From: Octopus vulgaris
Taxonomy: Eukaryota
DNA: 64,000 nt
Reading direction: 5' to 3'
Assembly (NCBI GenBank): GCA_951406725.2
Contig: OX597814.1
Location: forward strand, 220,968,001-221,032,000
Of this stretch, positions 38,945 through 52,223 are shown piece by piece (position 1 is the stretch's first letter; every line of letters starts with the position of its first letter). Both the position numbers and the translations under genes were made by a program. The notes under the pieces are model-generated. The model saw only the letters and a program-made list of their open reading frames with translations. It did no database searches and was not told the origin of the DNA.

Positions 38945-40560
38945 TGTGTGGGAGGTAGATGAAGCTCATTAGCCCTGGTGGGGGCAACTCTTCTGGGAGA
39001 GAGACACTGGCATAAAACCAGCTCATGGCAATTACAGTCCATTAACTGGCTGCATTGTCAAAGCCATGACTTTTGATGGGGGAAGACCGCGCTCCTGTTT
39101 TCAAACGAAGCCGTATTTAGGACAACCAGTATAGAAGAATAAAGCTCTGAATTCAAATTGACTTATCACTGCTGGCTTGCAGTATCCATTTGAGGAGAAG
39201 CCTAGGAGAAGGTACTCCGATATAAAACCTGCAGTCCACTTAGTCCTAGTTATCTTTCTTTCCTTGTCACTGGAATCTACTATTTTGACCCGGAGAGTAG
39301 CAAAAGCGTTGTATAAGCGTTTGTCACTGAAATCCAATGAAGTACAGATGTCCCCGACAAAACATCATCATCGTACAATGATCACATTTCAAAAGTCCAA
39401 TGGCGATAGAGGCGTGGCGACGGATGCAGACTTGACCGGCTGGAAGCATTCAGTTACAAATCTGCACATAAGGCGGCAGGGTTCTTATCTTAACATTGCT
39501 AACATGTTTTCATGGACAGGAACTGTTTTCAGTGGAGAATCCTGTGTCTGAGCAGCTATTTTTAGAAGAATACTGCTCACCTGGATATACAAGGAAGGTG
39601 CTAGAAAAGGTGCACTAAAAATTGTTTGTCCTCTCTCTGCAGGTTAGTTTACTGCGGCTAACTGTGGCTCAATTTAGCAGGAATGTACACAGAATTGATA
39701 TAAACTATGATAACAAGTATGCAAGAAAAACGGTTTCTCTTAACCTGGGCTGTTGGAATGTGAAAACTCTTTAAGATCGAGCAGTTAGGCCTGCAAGAAG
39801 AACAGCTCTAATAACTAAGCTAAGGCGTCTTAATGTTGATATTGCAGCTCTTTCTGAAACAAGAAGTTGAGACGAAGATCATCTTGTCGAAAGAGTGGCA
39901 GGTTTCACATTATTCTAGGTTGGAAAACCGAAGGGAGGGAAAAGAGAAGGTGGTGTTGTGTTTGCAATTAGAAATGATTTACTAAAAGACCTAGAACAAC
40001 CACAAAGCATAAATGCATGCATGATGAAACTCTTTCTTATTTTCTCTATTTATGCTCCTGCACTTTCAGCTAGTGAGGAAAATATCCATGTATTTTATGA
40101 GGAGCTTAGAAGAGGTATTCTATCAGTCCCTTTGAATAAGAAGTTGATTGTGCTTAGTGACTTTAATGCACGTGCTTGTAGAGACTATGTTGCTTGGAAT
40201 GTACTAGGGCGTTATGGAATTGGAAAGGTGAACACCAATGGGTTGCATCTGCTACAAATGTGCTCTGAGCTAGGGTTGATTGTTGGGAATATATTAGGAT
40301 TCACCTAATATAAAAGCAAGGTCACATGATTGATTTGTGTTAACTCGGAAAGCTGACTTACAAGATTTGTGCAGTCTCAGATTATTGGGAGGTGCCGGTC
40401 GTGATACTGATCACAAAATGGTTAGGACCAAGTTCAAGTTCAGGGTCTGTAAGAAGATTCGTAGTGCTGGTGTACGAGTACCAAAAAAAATTGATGTAAA
40501 GCAGCTTAAACAGCCACAAGTTTTGCAGTTGTTTCAGAAGAGATGCAGCAAACAATGTTC
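38945..40560 (+). mobile_element. RTE-clade LINE 5' UTR plus APE endonuclease region, decayed and 3'-truncated
   Basis: 'GCWNVKTL', 'VDIAALSETR', 'GGVVFAIRN', 'IYAP...FYEEL', 'LIVLSDFNAR', 'DTDHKMV'. The 5' UTR boundary is inferred. Confidence 0.85.
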
Positions 40561-41502
40561 ATATATATATATATATATAAAAACATACACATATGTATAT
40601 ATTTCACTAACCGGTAAATTGACTGCTGTAGTTTATTAACTGCAGAGTAATTTCCGATCTCAGCGCGCCAAAGTGAAGGCATTTGAAAGATACACATAAA
40701 TATAATTTGTAGAACTTTATACATGGTAGATTTCGTTTAAGCGTTCTGCATCTAGTTCTGGAAATTGTGTTTTGTAAACGACAGACTATGCTGATGATCT
40801 TGCAGATTTTTGTATATCCATATACATACATATTAACTAGTGAAACCAATTGGTACATATGTAATCGTTTTTTATTTCGTATATTTTCATTTGTCTTGCT
40901 TATTTTTAAATTTTGGTCTTTTGCTGAGTTTTTTTCTTGAGAACACATTCTTCGTGGAAAATGGCGAGTTGACGTCTATATCTAGCATATAGGCTGTCCA
41001 CGTTTAGTGGTCAGTCCTCTAAATTTCGTATGTGAAATAATTTTTAATCTTCGGATTTTTCAAAATATGCTAGGCCACTGGTTTTAATTGATTGATATCA
41101 ATTTCTACCCTCATTTAATTTATATTTATATATATACGTATATATATATATATGAATTGCGCTTCTTAATACACGTTTTATCTCCCATTCATTCTGTCCT
41201 CTCATATGTCACTCTTCCTAACTATTGTCTTGAAATACTTATACACAGTATTTATTAGTTTCCACAGAACACCCAGTTCTCCCCCAATAACTGCCGCAGC
41301 TCAAGGTTTCAAGGATAGTCCACTGCCTTTCCTACAACATAACACCAGGACCAATCCAGCTGTTAAAGTTCGTATACTCGGACCAACTTATTAGTGTTGC
41401 CATTGTTTTGAGCTATTTTGGGTGGAACGAAAATTCACACATCTTTGATGATGACATTTTGTTCCTCCCATACAAACATATACATATATATACAAATATA
41501 CA

Positions 41503-41562
<60 letters not shown>

Positions 41563-41899
41563 TACATATACATGTATATACATACACACACACACATATA
41601 TATAAATATATATATATATATGTATATAGATGCATGCATATATATATATGCACACACGTACACATATATATGTATATATATATGTATGTATATACATATA
41701 CATGTACATATATGCATATATATATATACACACACATTTATATATGTACATATATATATATGTTTATATATATATATATATATATATATACATACATATA
41801 TACATATATATGTATATACATGCATACATATATATATATACACAAACACATACACATATGTATACGTTTCTTTAATCTTTCTTTAAATTGTTTTGTAAG

Positions 41900-42960
41900 T
41901 TCGACGGATTCATTTAGGTAACCGTCAAGGACCAAATCATGCACTGATTTTGATTCAGGCACTGGAGTTCCTCCTGGGCCAATGTATCCTGTTTGCATAT
42001 CGTTCAGCTTTGGTAAACCATCAGGGCCAGCAGCTGACTTTGTATCAGTCTCAGTTTTGTGTGCTGGTAGCGCAGGGCTTGGAATCTTGCTGCATTAAAC
42101 TGCATGCTGTTGTCCTCAGCCCACCTCTATATTGCGTCAAACTTACGTTGCAGATGTGCAATATTTCTTGGATTTTATACTGTCTGAGAGACTTTGGTGT
42201 CATCTGCATAACTAGAAGGGTGGCTATCTGAGCAGCTGAAAGCATGTTTGAGAGGGCCACTATTAATAGCCGTGGCTCTATGACAGTACCCTGTAGAACA
42301 CCACTTGCTATTTGTGTTTCCTTTGAGGTGGCTCCATTGGCCATTATTGCCTAACGGCTATTTTCCGACTATGCCGAAATCATGCAGTTTGTGACGTATC
42401 ATAGCATGGTTGACTTCATCAAAGGCTTTTGAAAAGTCGGGATGCATCACATCCATACATGAATCATTTAGCAGCTGCTTTAACATCCAGTCGTAATGTT
42501 GTAAGAGCTGTGTTAGGTAGTATCTACCTGGTCGAAATCCATGCTGGGTGTTAGTCAGCAAGTAACTCTCTTCAAGAAATGCGATTAGTTTCTTGCGGAC
42601 TTTTCGTTCCATGACTTTGCTTATGGATGAGGTCAGAGAGATAAGCTTATAATTTTTAGCATCTGCTCTGCTTCCACCCATATGGACATGGCATATTATC
42701 GCTTCCTTCAGTTTGTCCGGGAGCTTACCACTTGCAAGAAAGGCTTGAAAAAAGGCTGCAGTGGTTTTGCAAGGGCTCGTTTGCATGATCTCAGAAGGAC
42801 CGCTGGGAATCCATCAGAGCCAGCAGCTGAGTTTGTATCAGCCTCATTTGTGGCCAGTATTACTTCTTCTTCTTCTTCAATTTTGATGTAATCAATTTTC
42901 GCGTCTTTGGTTGCAGGTAAAGTGGGCAAAGAATTCTGTTGCTTTGTTCACTTACCTGTG
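41900..42960 (-). mobile_element. CR1/L2-group LINE reverse transcriptase fragment, frameshifted
   Basis: 'SAAGSDGFP', 'NYKLISLTSSISKVME', 'QHGFRPGR', 'DFSKAFD.VNH', 'SGVLQGTVI.P'. Confidence 0.9.
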
Positions 42961-42989
42961 TCCCAGAAGTGTGTTTGCGTGTGTGTGTG

Positions 42990-43085
<96 letters not shown>

Positions 43086-43172
43086 CATATATATTTACAC
43101 ACACACATGTATGCATGTAAATATATTTATATATGTGATTGCATGTCGACATATGTATGCATATATATACAT

Positions 43173-43226
<54 letters not shown>

Positions 43227-45994
43227 GTGTGTGTACACGCATTTATAAATACTTATATATATATATACATGCATACATTTGTATGTATAAATACTTATAT
43301 ATACATGCATATATGTGTATGTATATATATGTGTGTGTGTAGGGTATGTGTATATATGTGTGTGTGTGTGTGTATGTGTATTATGTATTCGTTACTGATT
43401 ATTAGCCGGTCATTGCTCTGTACGTATATGTTAGATGAAAGTGAATGTGTGAATGTGCGTGCTTCTCTGTGCAAACTTCAAATATATACTCGTATATTAT
43501 GGTTTTCGTTCTCGTGAACAAGCACGCTGCTATGTCATCGTATATAATTATCAGAAAGGGGATTCGAAAAATTAGATTTTAGCAATTGGCAACGTTCAGC
43601 TTTTGTACTGTGTTTGTTAGCAGCATTCAAAGTGATATTGTTACACGACCATCATATCAGCCTTTGATATCTAACCAATCACATGACAATTTCGTTATCG
43701 CATGGGAGTCATAAACAAATGCATTGATGGATAGAGCAATGCTTTTGCAAAACATCCTGCATTAATCACACAAACTCATAGATAGACGAGAACCGGTTTT
43801 CAGTAGGGTCCTATCATTTCCGTAATATAATTTATTACCTTTACGCAGATATATTTTCTTTTGGCTTAGCTCTATAAACCGAACTCATTTCTCTTCTGTT
43901 TACAACGTTTCCTTTAACAACAGGTAACTAAAGTACTTGTATAATTCGGAATTCTCTTTTATCAATGTTCAATTTAACACTTGCTCAATGGGCGACCGGT
44001 TAACCGGAGCCGTGTATTACTTCTCTAAATTACTCAGTCGCGGTTTGTTTCACGTCGCTACATTTCAAGTTCAAATCCAGTTGGAGTGGGCTCGATATAT
44101 TCTTTTTATATTTTATTTGCTTGAGGTCGGTAAAATCATTCCCTGTAATATATTGAGTGCTAGTCGACTCACTATATCTTTCCTACTTTACGAAATATTA
44201 ATGAAAACGTGTTGGACTCACGTTCATAATGTCATAGGTTCGATTCCTGGATAAGGCGGTGCGCTGAGTCCTTGAGCAAGGCTCATCACTTCACATTGCT
44301 CCAGGCTACTCCTCTGAAAATGAGTACCAGCCACACAAGTTGTTCGTAGGGTCAAGAGTAGGAGGGTAAAGAAGATTTCTATGTCTGCAAACCTAAAACA
44401 ATTAGCGAAGTAAAGCGTTTATTTTCCGCTCAATATAATGCCAAATCTAGTCAGTAAGGAGAGCAACACAGAAAAGAGAGCAATTTCTGGGAAAACTCTA
44501 TTGAAACATTCAATTTCGATCCGTTGTCGTAACTATTTCACTTCGGTTCGAACTATGGAGATGAAATTTAGTGGATAATTTATGGCACTGCAACGGCATT
44601 GGTTATATTTCTCTGTAGTTGTTTTAGCTCCGAATACTGGTCTGTTAGAATTATGATAAAAGCATAACTAGCCGAGACCAACAAGTTTTCACAGTTATAG
44701 TTTATTTAAGTCTAACTAAAAAAAGGAGAGAGAGAACAGGATATCATATGAGAGATTGGGCTGTTATATTTACTAAATCAAGTAACCACGTAATGACCCT
44801 CTCATTAGCTTACAAGTTGTAAGCTTCTATTTACTGCGATTTGTTTTGGTAGCTGAATACATTTAATTATCCATATCTATCTGTAGCACAGACAGCATAA
44901 TTTTCCGGAGAAAGTTCTGTAAAGCGATCCATCTGATGATATAACCCTGATTAAATAAGTTAAACTATTGACTACCTTCCTCGTGCACTTCACAAAGTGA
45001 TGAAGGTCTTACAATCTCATTTTCCTTTCTCCATACTTCACTACTCGTAAGGTATATATAGTGTTGATTGACGTTACTGGTGCACCAATTTCGTGACCCA
45101 ACTTTGATTTAAAAGTGAGACACGATTTTATACTTAAGTTTAGGTATGTTATTAAAAGAAAAACATGAAGATCTCTTATTCTATTTATTCACACATTCAC
45201 TATACATATATTATCTGAAACTAGTCAAGAACAAAAATGTACACAGTTTGTGAGAAGCTACCAGTAAGCTAAACGTTTCACAAATCATATGAATTCAAAG
45301 GCATGGAGTTTAGTTCCGATGAACCCCTGATATTTCACTTTCTTATAGTAAAGCAGACTCAACTTTACTGTAAGGATTAAGAACAATGAGCAAGATAATC
45401 ATCGGAAATGGAAGAGATTAGAATTTATTCTTGCTTAACCCTAAGTTTGATTCGAGTGAGCAAACAAAGGCCAAAACCCTTCGTTTACAAATGGCACAGA
45501 AAGGAAAAGGTTGTAAAAACTTTTATCAGGAGCGAGTAGCGTGTATTTTGAAGCGAAACTCTCAATAAATAATGGAGGTTTTTCAGGACTATTGCTTACA
45601 AATTATCGTAGATGGAGATCGTTGGACAGGAGAATTCAACAAACCTGTTAAAGGATATTTTTGGCAAAGGATCAAGAGGAACAGTTGTAATTCAGGATGT
45701 GGTAGAGCTGCGATTATGAGATAGAGAAAGATATCTTTATTTATGTAACGGGTGACATACAAACATACAGATAGACAGCTGATGGCGGCAGAATTATGAT
45801 AAAAAAATTCCCACCGTGACCATCCCATCTTTTTTATATTTTCAAGGAATCAATGACTAAGTTATGTAATGCGTTCTTTTTTCAGACAGTAAGATTTGCT
45901 CCGAGAGTAATTTGGCTGGTATTTCTAGCTGATTGAGCGATCAGGTATGGTTTATCGGCTCGCTCGTTGTTGTCAGTGTCATTTTCACCGCAGT

Positions 45995-46328
45995 CGTTGT
46001 TGTTGTTGTTGTTGTTGTTGCTGTAATCATCTTCGTCATCATTGCTGTTGTTTAGCCTTGGCCAGCTGGTCGAGAGCCAACATATGCTAAGCAGTAGCAG
46101 TAGCAGCAGCAGCAGCACCACCACCACCACCACCACCACCACCACCACCACCACCACCACCACTATCACTACCACTCACTCCACTCTTTCTCCAAGACCA
46201 CCACCGCCACGCCGCCGACGACGACGATAACGACGAGCGCAACGACGGTCACCACCACCACCACCACCACCACCACCACCATCACCACCACCACCACCAT
46301 CACCATCACCACCACCACCACCACCACC

Positions 46329-46360
<32 letters not shown>

Positions 46361-46370
46361 CAACAATAAG
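45995..46370. repeat. Compound trinucleotide array (GTT, GCA, CAC, GAC, CAA)
   Basis: Read directly. Confidence 0.95.
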
Positions 46371-48022
46371 AAAGGCATTCTAGCCACAATCATCCCGTAC
46401 TTTTATATGTTTGGGCTGGATTTGATTTAGTGAGATTCAGCTGCTGTTTCTAGCCTGTCGTTTGCCTGTGGTGACGGTTATCGTTGTTTTTGTCGCGGTT
46501 ATGCGTGGTGCGGGAGTTCTTGGCAGTCTTGTCAAAGCAAACTTACAATTAGAAGCTTTGCCTATCTCGCCCTTTTCCATGGCATATTACAATCAGTACG
46601 CGTCAGGTGTCGAAGTGATCGTAGTGCGACGTGAGATGAAGTGTTTTGCTGAAGAACACACCACACCACCCAGTCTAGGAATTGAAATCACGATCTCTAA
46701 ATCGTGAGTGCATCACCCTAAACAGTAAGTCATGCGCCCTCACACACACACATGCACTCACACACATATACACACATATATACGCACACATACATATATA
46801 TATACATATATATACAACGGGTTTCTTTCAGCTTTAATCGACCCAGGGCTATAGTAGAAAATACTTGGTCAAGATACTACAGAGTGGGTCTGAACCCTTG
46901 ACCTCATGGTTCGGAAGGAATCATCTTAATCGTAAATCCACGGCAATTTAATATTCTTCAAATCACTGTATCGTGATAGAAGAGAGCATGTTGGACAATG
47001 TGATCCTGGATTCAGAGCACAGGAAAAGACGCGATGGTCACGGTTACATTGTCTTTGAACACAGGTCTGCTTGATCAGAGCTGACCTGGGTTTTAAACAA
47101 TGAGTTACACTGAATGATAGGTGAAAAATTTGGGATTAATAATTTCGAAAGAAAAGTATATTCCTCGCTACAATTATCAGCTTTAATCCATCTCAACCGT
47201 GACCACCATATATGTTTTCAGATAGTAAACAACATTATCCAATTTTTTTTCTATATGTTAGCACTGTAAATAATTGCATTTCGCGGGAAATTTAGCTGAT
47301 ATTTCTGGGAAGGAGAGCGACCGCGAAGACCTTTGCACGTTGACATACCGGAAATTACGTCTGTTCGTATTTCCGTTGCATTAATCACCTTCTCTTTCTC
47401 TCCTGCTTGGACTTTATCCACTACAGGTTATTGCGGTTTAGTAGTAGAAGCTACTTCCTTTTATGCGTACACGTTAGTCACGTCAGTTAGTCACAGAATA
47501 TTTTTGATACAGTATGAATACTCGGTTGCAAGACCACCAACCAGAATTAGTTGCCAAAACTCCCGACCACAGGTCTGAACAAAGGAAGGTCACATCAGAT
47601 AGATTAGTCATTGATAAACATAACTACATAAATATCTCTGAAAGAAAAGTAAAAAAAAAACAGAAACAACTAAAAGTAAAAATGGCACGTGTCTTCTTTG
47701 AAAGGAAAATGTGACTGAAAGTAGTCAATCTAGTGGCGTCGCTATATGTTCATCCGGAGTTGCCGCTGCTGCTGCTTTTGTTGCTGTTGTTGTTATTGCT
47801 GTTGTTGTTGTTTTGCTCCATGTCTATTCTGATTGAGCAGATCTATTTTCAAAGACATTCTGGTTTTGATTCCGACTCCTTGTGTAAATCAAATATACCC
47901 TTTCACTCTTCCTATTTTGAGTCGGAAGAGTGTGTTTTGAGGAAGTTTGGCTACCATCACTAACAGGTTTGACATTCGCATAGAGGTTCTTTCGTCGGCC
48001 GGTTACTGTATAACATTGTATA

Positions 48023-48352
48023 ACTTATTCTTTGTAAGCCTAGTACTTATTCTATCGGTCTCTTTTGCCGAACCGCCAAGTTACGTGGACGTAAACACAC
48101 CAGCATCGGTTGTCAAGCGATGTTGGGGGACAAACACAGACACACAAACGTATACACACACGTACATACATATACATATATGCATATATACGACGGGCTT
48201 CTTTCAGTTTCCGTCTACCAAATCCAGTCACAAGGCTTTGGTCGGCCCGGGGCTATAGTAGAAGACACTTGCCCAAGGTGCCAGGCAGTGGGACTGAACC
48301 CGGAATTATGTGTTTGGTAAGCAAACTACGTACCACACAGCCACTCCTGCGC
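48023..48352 (-). mobile_element. SINE B, 3'-truncated
   Basis: Matches other B copies from the head to acttattctttgtaagcc. Confidence 0.9.
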
Positions 48353-49717
48353 TTAAGAGTGTTGTCAGAGTTTCAGTACGCACCCCTGAGACTGGTTGAG
48401 TGCTCTCGCCATTAAGCTAAACGGCCCCTGACTGTTGTTGATGTTTGTTGATTATGTCATTATTGATATCACTGTTGATATTGATGCTGTTGCTATTGTT
48501 GGTGGTATCGTCAGTATTGTTGAATCTGATAATATTCATGTTGTTGTCCTTCTCGTCGTTGTTGTTGTTGTTGGTAGTGATCTTTGTGGTAGTGCTGCAG
48601 TTGTTTGTTGCTGTGGTTTATTGATATTTGTCTTGGCAGCACTGCCTTTGCAAGTAACTGATATTTCGGTTCTTCCTACAACAATAAACTTTCAGTCCTT
48701 AATTGTCTTCCATTCGTTGTGACAGTTCGCCAGAGGGCCATGGATCGTAGATCTTTCTCCTCCGCCAAAAGCCGTAAAGATAAGATTTAGATTTCCAGAT
48801 ATTCATAATTTCATTTGGTTGACGATCACAGCCAGTGCTCTGTTCTGATATGTTGTTGTTTACTGTGTGAATTGCAAATCACGTTGTCTCCTTTCTCCAA
48901 TCTCATCTTGTATATATGAAGACCCTTATAGTAGCTAAAATCGAGGAAAGCAAATTAGACTTGGTGTGAGGTGTGATAATCGCAGTTGATTTACCATAAA
49001 CTCAGGTGGTGTGCATCGCAACAGAGTGTTTTGGGCTCTGTGACATTAGTGATACGGCAGTCAATTTCGTGTATATGTGTTGTTTCGCTCATGTGTGTGT
49101 GCATGTTTGTGTACGTGTGTGTTTGTGTGTGTGTTTGTATGTGCGTGTGTGTGTGTGTGCTTGTTTGATTGTTTGTGTGTGTTTGTGTGTGTGTGTGTGT
49201 GTGTGTTTTACGGAAAGGACGAGTTCAGTAATGGGCAAAAGCAATAATATTTTGGGGGCGTTGTTATGAAGTGGAAATGGCTGTTTCAGTTTCATTACAT
49301 TGTGATAGAATGTTATACAACCAACAGATTTTGCACAAAGAAGATTTCTAGATTTAAGTATTTCTGTTCCATCATGTACATAAACGATTTGTCCACGTAG
49401 CCTCTTTGTAGCCTGCAGTTATGTGAAATGCACTATTTTGCGTTATTTGTAAGCTGAGTTTAATTTTGTAGAGTAATTAGGGCAGAAGTTGCATAATCCA
49501 GAACCTGCATGATTGATCTTGCATACTGTTTTGCATTGACATTATTGTTTCTTTGTGGCGGTTCAATGTCGTGTCAGCGAGTACGCTTTCTGTGATTGTT
49601 TTTCCATGCTTCGATTTTCTTTTGTTTACTACCTTCTATATAGTGGCAAATTAGCTGAATCGTTTGAACATCCGATAGAATACTTTACGGTATTTCTTCT
49701 GACTCTCTGTACGTTGA

Positions 49718-50036
49718 GTTCAATTCAATTCAATTCAATTTTTATTGGCTCAAAAAGCAAAAGCAAAGCCATGTAGGGGGACAGGGAGTTATGTACAGGG
49801 AGGGTGGTCATGCAAGGAGTTCAGGCCATTTCTGGTCAAGAGAGACTTTGAACTGAGCGGTCGTCGGCATCTTCACTGTCTCGTCCGGCAGCTTATTCCA
49901 CGGATCCGCAACCCGGACGGAGAAAGCCCCTCTCCTTCGATTGAGATGAAAACGTCGTAGATAGAGCTTTTCGGAGTGACCCCGCAGCCGACGCTCTGGA
50001 GAAGGAGTGAAGAACAGCTCTTTCGAGAGGTTACAG
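49718..50036 (-). mobile_element. 5'-truncated CR1-like LINE 3' end with (AATTG)n tail
   Basis: Uninterrupted frame 'NLSKELFFTPSPERRLRGHSEKLYLRRFHLNRRRGAFSVRVADPWNKLPDETVKMPTTAQFKVSLDQKWPELLA*' fits CR1 RGH..KL / FS.RV...WN.LP / FK..LD; AATAAA then pentamer tail. Confidence 0.9.
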
Positions 50037-50369
50037 TTTCCGCTGATGATGTTGTGACTAATGTTACCTTGTATCCTTGAGGGGTCGATAACTAATAAAG
50101 CGTCAGTTCAAGGTTATAGATTGACGAAATTGTTCTAACGTCTGATGAGCTGTTCTGCAATACCTCTCCTGGGTGTTTCAGTTCCTATTCAAATTTCGTC
50201 TCTAACATCTGGCTTCACCATGACGAAAAGCAGGTGACAGAATGACATTCCTATGGGAGTAACATCGCGGTCGCATGAATATAATCGCCATGGCTGTACT
50301 AAATCATGATGATACGCTAGGAAAGAATAAATAATACTCTACGAAATTTTTTTAGGGGTTTTGCTGGTA

Positions 50370-50650
50370 ATTCCGCAACGCCAGTGGTCTTTACAACTTG
50401 GAGCTGACTGGGCCTCATGCAGCCTCTTCTCACCATCCCCTCCTTCTCTACCCGTCATCCTTCTCGTGTCCTACCTCTAGGATCCGCACTAATCATTACA
50501 TTTAGTTTTTCCTTCTTAGAATGTCGGCTCTTTTACTTCTCTCTTGCCTTACAAAGGTTCAAAGAAGAACATTAATCGCATGAGTCCCGTCGGTCTATGG
50601 GCATAAAGTCTATGGGCACCGTTTGCAAGACCCAGCAAGCAAAAACAAAT
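50370..50650 (+). mobile_element. Possible decayed LINE 3' end
   Basis: 'SRIRTNHY..FF..R' and 'LQRFK..INR'-like remnants followed by an A-rich tail; weak. Confidence 0.35.
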
Positions 50651-51509
50651 TCAAAAGCAAAAAGTGTGAGATTCATAATATTTACTTATTTTATAAGTGA
50701 GGTGTGTTTATGCTATTGTTTCTTTCAGTATCAGTCTAACGTGATTAATCAGACCTGTGGTCAAAAGAACTCCAGCCATGGCCAATCTGTAATTTAGTTA
50801 GATATAGTGTACTGATACATAAAACAAACCCCCCCAAAACCTACATTATCATTATCTAATGTATCATTTGTTTCTTAAGGCTGCAGGGTGGGGTTTCTAG
50901 CAGGCTGAGAAGCCCTGTTCATTATCTTGTATTCATGTTGTTGAGTGTTTGAGCTGATTTGCATTTGATGTGATTTGGTGTTGCTCATTAAAACGGGAGA
51001 TAGTATCTCTCGTAGGTGTTTCTCATAGTCTAGTCTGAATTTGTAGAGCTAGCGTTTGAACTGACAATAATTATGTGTCTAAGGAATGATGAGAGGTAGT
51101 ACACAAAAGAACGCTTGTATTGTTGCTCTTATTGATAAGCTGCGGCTATCGTCGCTTCTCTTCTTGGTACAATTGTTGCTGATATCATACTGTTGTCGCT
51201 ATTACTGTTTAGCCAGAGCAATCAGTCAAACAGTGACATTGCTGGTGTGTATAACGAGAACATTGATGCGGCTATTTTTTGTGTCTGCTGGTGTGTTAGA
51301 TTGGGGGAGAATTGGCAGAGTTGCTAGAGTTTTGACTAGAATGACACGTGGTATATGCTCCAGCTCTATGAACTCTGAGTCCAAACCCTGCCGAAGTCAG
51401 CTTTGCCTTTCTTTCTTTCGGTGTCAATAAAACATGTACAAATTTAGGGTGGCGGACTGGTTAGGGAAAGTTAGGGAATCGAGCAAGGTGCCTTTCTGAC
51501 AATATCACC

Positions 51510-51742
51510 TATTTCTTTACTACCCACAAGGGGCTAAACATAGAGGGGACAAACAAGGACAGGCAAACGGATTAAGTCGACTACATCGAACCCAGTGCGT
51601 AACTGGTACTTAATTTATCGATCCCCGAAAGGATGAAAGGCAAAGTCGACCTCGGCGGAATTTGAACTCAGAACGCAGCGGCGGACGAAATACCGCAAAG
51701 CATTTCGCCCGGTGTGCTAACGATTCTGCCAGCTCGCCGCCT
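51510..51742 (-). mobile_element. SINE A1 monomer with TSD tatcacc
   Basis: Full copy; tatcacc at 51503-51509 and 51743-51749. Confidence 0.93.
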
Positions 51743-51991
51743 TATCACCTGACAATATCACCTGTGATGACACTGGTGCTTAGCTGTATTGGCCCAAATC
51801 GGCAACTTTTCCCTCAGATAGACCTTGGTGGCGTGGAGAAGGAAAACTTGCGTGTACTAACAATTACTAGTCATTCTCAAAATCTCTTACCTCGGCCGCA
51901 TATACCTGTACAGATGCATGGTAAACATTGATTGGTCCTATTTCATTTTATCTGACTGGAAGTGATATTATTCTTATACTGTTGCTATTAT

Positions 51992-52223
51992 AAGGCGGCG
52001 AGCTGGCAGAAACGTTAGCACGCCGGGCGAAATGCTTTGCAGTATTTCGTCTGCTGTTACGTTCTGAGTTCAAATTGCGCCGAGGTCGACTTTGCCTTTC
52101 ATCCTTTCGGGGTCGATAAATAAAGTACCAGTTACGCACTGGGCTCAATATAACCGATTTAATCTCTTTGTCTGTCCTTGTTTGTCCCCTCTATGTTTAG
52201 CCCCTTGTGGGCAATAAAGAAAT
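51992..52223 (+). mobile_element. SINE A1 monomer with TSD tgttgct(a/g)tta
   Basis: Full copy, inverted relative to the 51510 copy. Confidence 0.93.
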
